The translations under genes and the position numbers were made by a program. DNA of 63,656 nucleotides, the filler included, from Chiloscyllium plagiosum (Eukaryota), in assembly GCF_004010195.1 (NCBI RefSeq). It is 3 parts of one record of this genome, joined end to end, with 100 filler letters (N's around TTAATTAATTAA, not from the genome) between each part and the next. Parts side by side here need not be neighbours in the genome. Positions count along the whole stretch, not along the records: positions 40,973 to 63,656 come from NC_057714.1; 2 more parts are not named here. One strand, 5' to 3'. The notes below the pieces were generated by a model that saw nothing but the letters and a program-made list of their open reading frames with translations, ran no database searches and was not told where the DNA came from. The stretch's first letter is position 1. Each line of letters begins with the position of its first letter. Positions 59,170 to 63,656 of the stretch are shown here, piece after piece.

Positions 59170-60805
59170 CTGATTGTCCCAGGCTCCGTGGACATCACCA
59201 ACTAGAATAAATATTTGTACCATCTGTAACTATGGATGAGGTGCCTGATGACTGGAGGGTGACTATTGTTGTATCTTTACTTAAGAAAGGTTGTAAGAAG
59301 AAACTAGGGAACTGTAGACCTGGAGTCTGACTTTGATTGTGGGTAAATAGTTGGACATGATTATAGAAGATAGGATTTATGAACGTTTAGAGAGGCAAAA
59401 ATTGGATACAGAGAGTCAGCGTGATTTGGTGTGAGGAAAGCCATGTCTCACAATTTAATTGTGACTTTTTTTAAGGAAGCTACCAAAAGGATTGGTGATG
59501 GCAGAGCAGTAGACATTGTTTATTTGGATTTTAGTAAAGTCTTCAACAAGGTTCCACATGGCAGACTAAGTAGTAAAGATAGGTCACATGGGATTCATGG
59601 TGAACTTGCCAATTGGGTGCATAATTGGCTTAATGGCAGGAGACAGAGAGTAATGTGGAGAGTTGCTTTTCGGACTGAAGACCTATCATCTGCTGTGTCC
59701 CATTGGTGCCATAGTAGACAGTGAAGAAGCTTTTCTAAGATTGCAAATGGGTCTTGATCAAATGGGTCAATTGGCTGAAAAATGGCAGATGGAGTTCAAT
59801 CTGATCAATGTGGGATATTGCATTTTGGTACAACAAACAAGGGTAGGGTTTTTAAAATTAATGGTAAGGGCCTTGGGTAGTGTAGAGGGACCGAGGGGTG
59901 CAGGTACAAATTTCATTAAAGTTTGCATCACATATAAACAGGGGGTTAACAATTCTTGCCTTCATGGCTCAGTCCTTTGAATGCAGGAGTTGGGAAGTCA
60001 TGTTGAAGTTGCATAGAACATTGATGAGGCCTCTTCTGAAGCACTGTGGCCAGCTTCTGATCACCCAGTTATAAGAAGGATATTATTAAGCTATATAGGG
60101 CTTAGAAGGTATTTACCAGGTGATAGTGGCGCTCCGAAAGCTAGTGTGCTTCCAATTAAACCTGTTGGACTATAACCTGGTGTTGTGTGATTTTTAACTT
60201 TGTACACCCCAGTCCAATACCGGCATCTCCGAATCATGGATAGGGTGCAACTTTTTCATTGGAGCATTGGGGGTTGAGAGATGAGCTTATAGAAGTTCTT
60301 AAAATAGTGAGGGAAATAGATAAGAGTTAATGGTAGTTGTCTTTTTCCTAGGGTGGGGGATTTTAAGACTAGGAGGCACATTTTTATGGTGAGAGGAGAG
60401 AGATTTAAAAGATATGAGGGGCAAATGTTTTAGACGTCAAAAATGGTGACAGAATCAGATGCAGTCAGAACAGATTTACAAAAGGGAAACCATGCTTGAG
60501 AACTCTATTGGGCGTTCTTCAAGGATGTAACTAATAGAGTTGAATGGGGGAGCAAGTTTAGGTGATTGATTTGAATTTTCAGACGGCTCTCACATGTGGA
60601 ATGAACCTCCTGAAGAAGTGGTGGACATTGGGTACAATTACAGCATTTAAAGACATTCGAATAAGTACGTGAATGGGAAAGGTTTGGAGGGATATGGGCC
60701 ACGAGGGGGTGGGTGGGACGAGTTTAGTTTGGAAACATGGTCAGCATGGACTGGCTGGACTGAAGGGTCGATGTTTGTGCTGTATGACTGTATGACTCTG
60801 TGACT
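59170..60805 (+). mobile_element. Old CR1 ORF2/3' end with nested insertions
   Basis: VDIVYLDFSKVFNKVPHGRL, EKWQMEFN; tail (tatgactg)n. Confidence 0.85.
60126..60238 (+). mobile_element. Penelope terminal fragment (family of 2617-2707), hammerhead 5' half missing
   Basis: gctccgaaagctagtgtgcttccaattaaacctgttggactataacctgg. Confidence 0.8.
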
Positions 60806-62739
60806 AAATGATCTTAGGCTGGAACAGGGAATGTGAATAGGAAAGGAGCAGCTCAAAAGCATAACGTAACCTTCCTCAAGTTTAGTTCCAGCGGTTTACT
60901 TTCACCCAGTTATGAATAGGATAGCCAAGGGGAAAAATGACAGGCCACTATTATTGTAGAAATTACACAGGGAATAGCACCTTTAGTAGCATTTTTTGGA
61001 CTAATAGGTCCCATAAATGCTCTTGGACTAAAGGAGGTCCCATTAATGCTCTTGGCAGCCTCTTTGATCCACAATGCTTTTGATGAGACTCCCTACCCAC
61101 AATGCACTGGAGTCCTTCCACTTGTTGTCCTCACTTCAATGACTAAAACACCCAGGGATGAACATGAAAACCCGGAGAGCCTTCCAGCACTTCTCTTTCA
61201 GACCTTCTGGCTGACTTTCTCTTCCTCTACCTGCTTCCAAAATTCCCAGAAGAATTTTCCTTTCAAATCAACGTCTTAAACACTGAAGCATAACTTGATT
61301 TCCAACCCTGCTTCATGCCCAGCAATGGTAAACCAAATTGCAGAGGGCTTCCTGCTCTAAATCAACCCTGTGTACATAAATAAAGGCAGTTGCCTAGCGG
61401 AGGTGTGGTGTGGGTGGTTCAGTTCCTGGCTAACCTTGCCAAACCCATGTTTGCAAAAATGTGGCCAGATTGAGAAGTGTCCAGGAAATTTTATCACTCC
61501 CATGTTCTCTCCAAATTTCATACAATGTTGGTATAGAGATATTTTGCCATTCCTTTAACATGGCCAATTCTGGAATTCTTTATCATCATTGTCAGAGCAC
61601 TATCACAAAGCTCAGAACACTTCAAGGGTGTCGTCACATCTTATAAAACAATGAAGGTTGATGAATACTTGCAGTCATGTCTGCACAATCCATATCAGAA
61701 AGACACATTTCAGAGTTTAGAAATTAGTCAGATAAAGGGCTGCTGCTCTTACTGTAAATTAAATGGTCCACTTCCAATCATTTTGTAATAATGGTGGCAA
61801 ATTGCTAATCAGTTTCTACACAATGTTCCCTACCTCACTGAATCTTTGATCATGATTAAGTGTTGTTTCAAAAGACCTTTAAAATTTTACAAATCCCAAA
61901 AAATGATCCGGCTTCCAAAATTCCCAGATGGTGTGGTAGGTGAGGGAGCAGGCTTGGTGCATTCAAGTGTCAGTGCCACAAAGTTCCAGACTGGAACCTA
62001 ATAAGATCGTTTGTGGGATCAGGGAAGACCTCTTCATTTGCTTAGAATTGGCACATGTTCAAATCATTAGCAGTGCGCAGTTAGCCCAACCAGCGGAGAA
62101 TGCCAGTTTTCCACATTGAAAAGTAATTTTAACTGTGAATATACATTCTTTGTCCTGTAGGGCTGAGGCGAACAACACAGGGAGAACACTACTGTTTATT
62201 TTTGAGTTGCTCAGCCATATGTTTGAGAGCCATAGAAACATATTTCAATGAAGTTTCTTAAATGATTTCATGGATCTTGTTCCCCGTTATGATCTGTCCT
62301 CTGGAAGTATCTGCTGCATGAATGCTCAGTACTGATCATATCCGTCTTCCCATTCCTTCAAATAATGAGCTGCTTGCCAAAATTCAAACCACATCTAAAT
62401 GCTCCCAGATTTAGAGACATAAGTTTGAGAAGATCTAACAAGACTACTAACTGAATTTATAAGAAACTCGATCTCATATTTTCCAATGAGAGTCCAAATC
62501 CGGTGCTACGTGTCAGGTGACCTTCTCCAGAGCAATAACGCATTTAAAAAGCTGCAGAATGCAGAATGTCTTAATTTATACAGTTAAAACTTTGAGTGCA
62601 CATGACGCTGCCCACCGCCCCCCCTCCCCCCCCACCCCCCCCACTCCCCCACTCCTTTGATTACTATTGGTCAGTGGCTCCAGGGTATCCCTTTTGTAAC
62701 TGGCTCTCTGGTACAGCATCTTCTACAACTCAAGCTTGC

Positions 62740-62890
62740 CAGAGGAACCTCGATTACCTGGCATTCAATTGTCCGAACATGATCGCAAGGTCCCGATGCT
62801 TTGGCTAAACTGTGTTATCCAGCATTCGATTATCCGAACATTCGATTATCTGAACAAAATACTCCTCACCCATGTCATTGATAGTCCTGA
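62740..62890. mobile_element. Tigger/pogo-like MITE remnant
   Basis: cagaggaacctcgatta TIR-like start and repeated cattcgattatccgaa subterminal motifs. Confidence 0.6.
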
Positions 62891-63094
62891 ACTCAATGGA
62901 AACACTGCCGCACTCAGCAATTTCAATGTATTTCCAATTAAGCTAATCATATCGCTGTATGGCAACGAGATGGACAGGCTTGTGATCCACCCCCAGTCCT
63001 TCCTGATGTTTTCCAGACATTCTTATCTCATGTCTTGAGGCGTTTCACAGTGTATACCATTTTTAAGTAACATTTGCCAGCTAGACCATGCTAA

Positions 63095-63379
63095 CTGCCA
63101 GTTAACTGGATGCTTGCCTATCACTTCAGGACCTTATTCATTCCTCCCTGCAATGGCACTGGGAGGGCAGGTGCTGCTTTTACTGCCTAAAACTGGTTTA
63201 GAGTCATAGAGATGTACAGCATGGAAACAGACCCTTCTGCCAGTTAACTGGATGCTTGCCTATCACTTCAGGACCTTATTCATTCCTCCCTGCAATGGCA
63301 CTGGGAGGGCAGGTGCTGCTTTTACTGCCTAAAACTGGTTTAGAGTCATAGAGATGTACAGCATGGAAACAGACCCTTC
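63095..63379 (+). repeat. 142-bp direct tandem duplication
   Basis: Units start at 63095 and 63237, apparently identical; spans a CR1 boundary. Confidence 0.9.
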
Positions 63380-63656
63380 AGTCCAACCCATCCATGCCAA
63401 CCAGATATCCCAACCCAATCTAGTCCCACCTGCCAGCACCTGGCCCATATCCCTCCAAACCCTTCCTATTCATATACCCATCCAAATGTCTCTTAAATGT
63501 TGCAATTGTACCAGTCTCTACCACGTCCTCTGGCAGCTCATTCCATACCCGTACCACCCTCTGTGTGAAAAAGCTGCCCCTTATGTCCCTTTTATATCTT
63601 TCCCCTCTCACCCTAAACCTATACTCTCTAGTTCTGGACTCCCCCACCCCAGAGAA
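63340..63656 (-). mobile_element. CR1 3' end, continues beyond the window
   Basis: FFTQRVVRVWNELPEDVVE; tagagtcatagag tail. Confidence 0.92.

Overview
This is vertebrate, not microbial, DNA: a repeat-rich stretch of a cartilaginous-fish (shark) genome, judged from HE1-type SINEs, HER1/CR1 LINEs and Deu-domain SINEs recognised from memory. It contains assembly gaps, and two of them carry a TTAATTAATTAA linker, so contiguity across those points is not guaranteed. Nearly every ORF in the supplied track is a decayed transposon fragment or the antisense of one. Mobile elements: many CR1/L2 fragments, five HE1 SINEs, at least three Penelope-like (PLE) families whose termini carry minimal hammerhead-ribozyme cores, a Harbinger transposase fossil, a Gypsy pol fossil, a Tigger-like MITE, and a clean 544-bp solo LTR with a 5-bp TSD. 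There is also the 5' half of a class I (gamma/epsilon-like) endogenous retrovirus with LTR, tRNA-Pro PBS, gag, an amber read-through signal, pro and RT. The host signal is two putative frame-preserving phase-1 exons on the + strand (3161-3214, 54 nt; 13903-14001, 99 nt) of a gene I cannot identify. The most interesting unexplained structure is RNA-level. (1) The 99-nt exon's 3' end and donor site fold back onto the downstream intron in a long nested duplex, resembling an ADAR editing-complementary sequence or a splice switch. (2) A ~96-bp stem with a perfect 46-bp core lies at 18001-18257. (3) The 54-nt exon is followed by a hairpin, and read-through of its donor would end the protein in a CaaX box. 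All of these were read by eye; no searches or folding were run, and repeat boundaries are approximate unless a TSD is cited.
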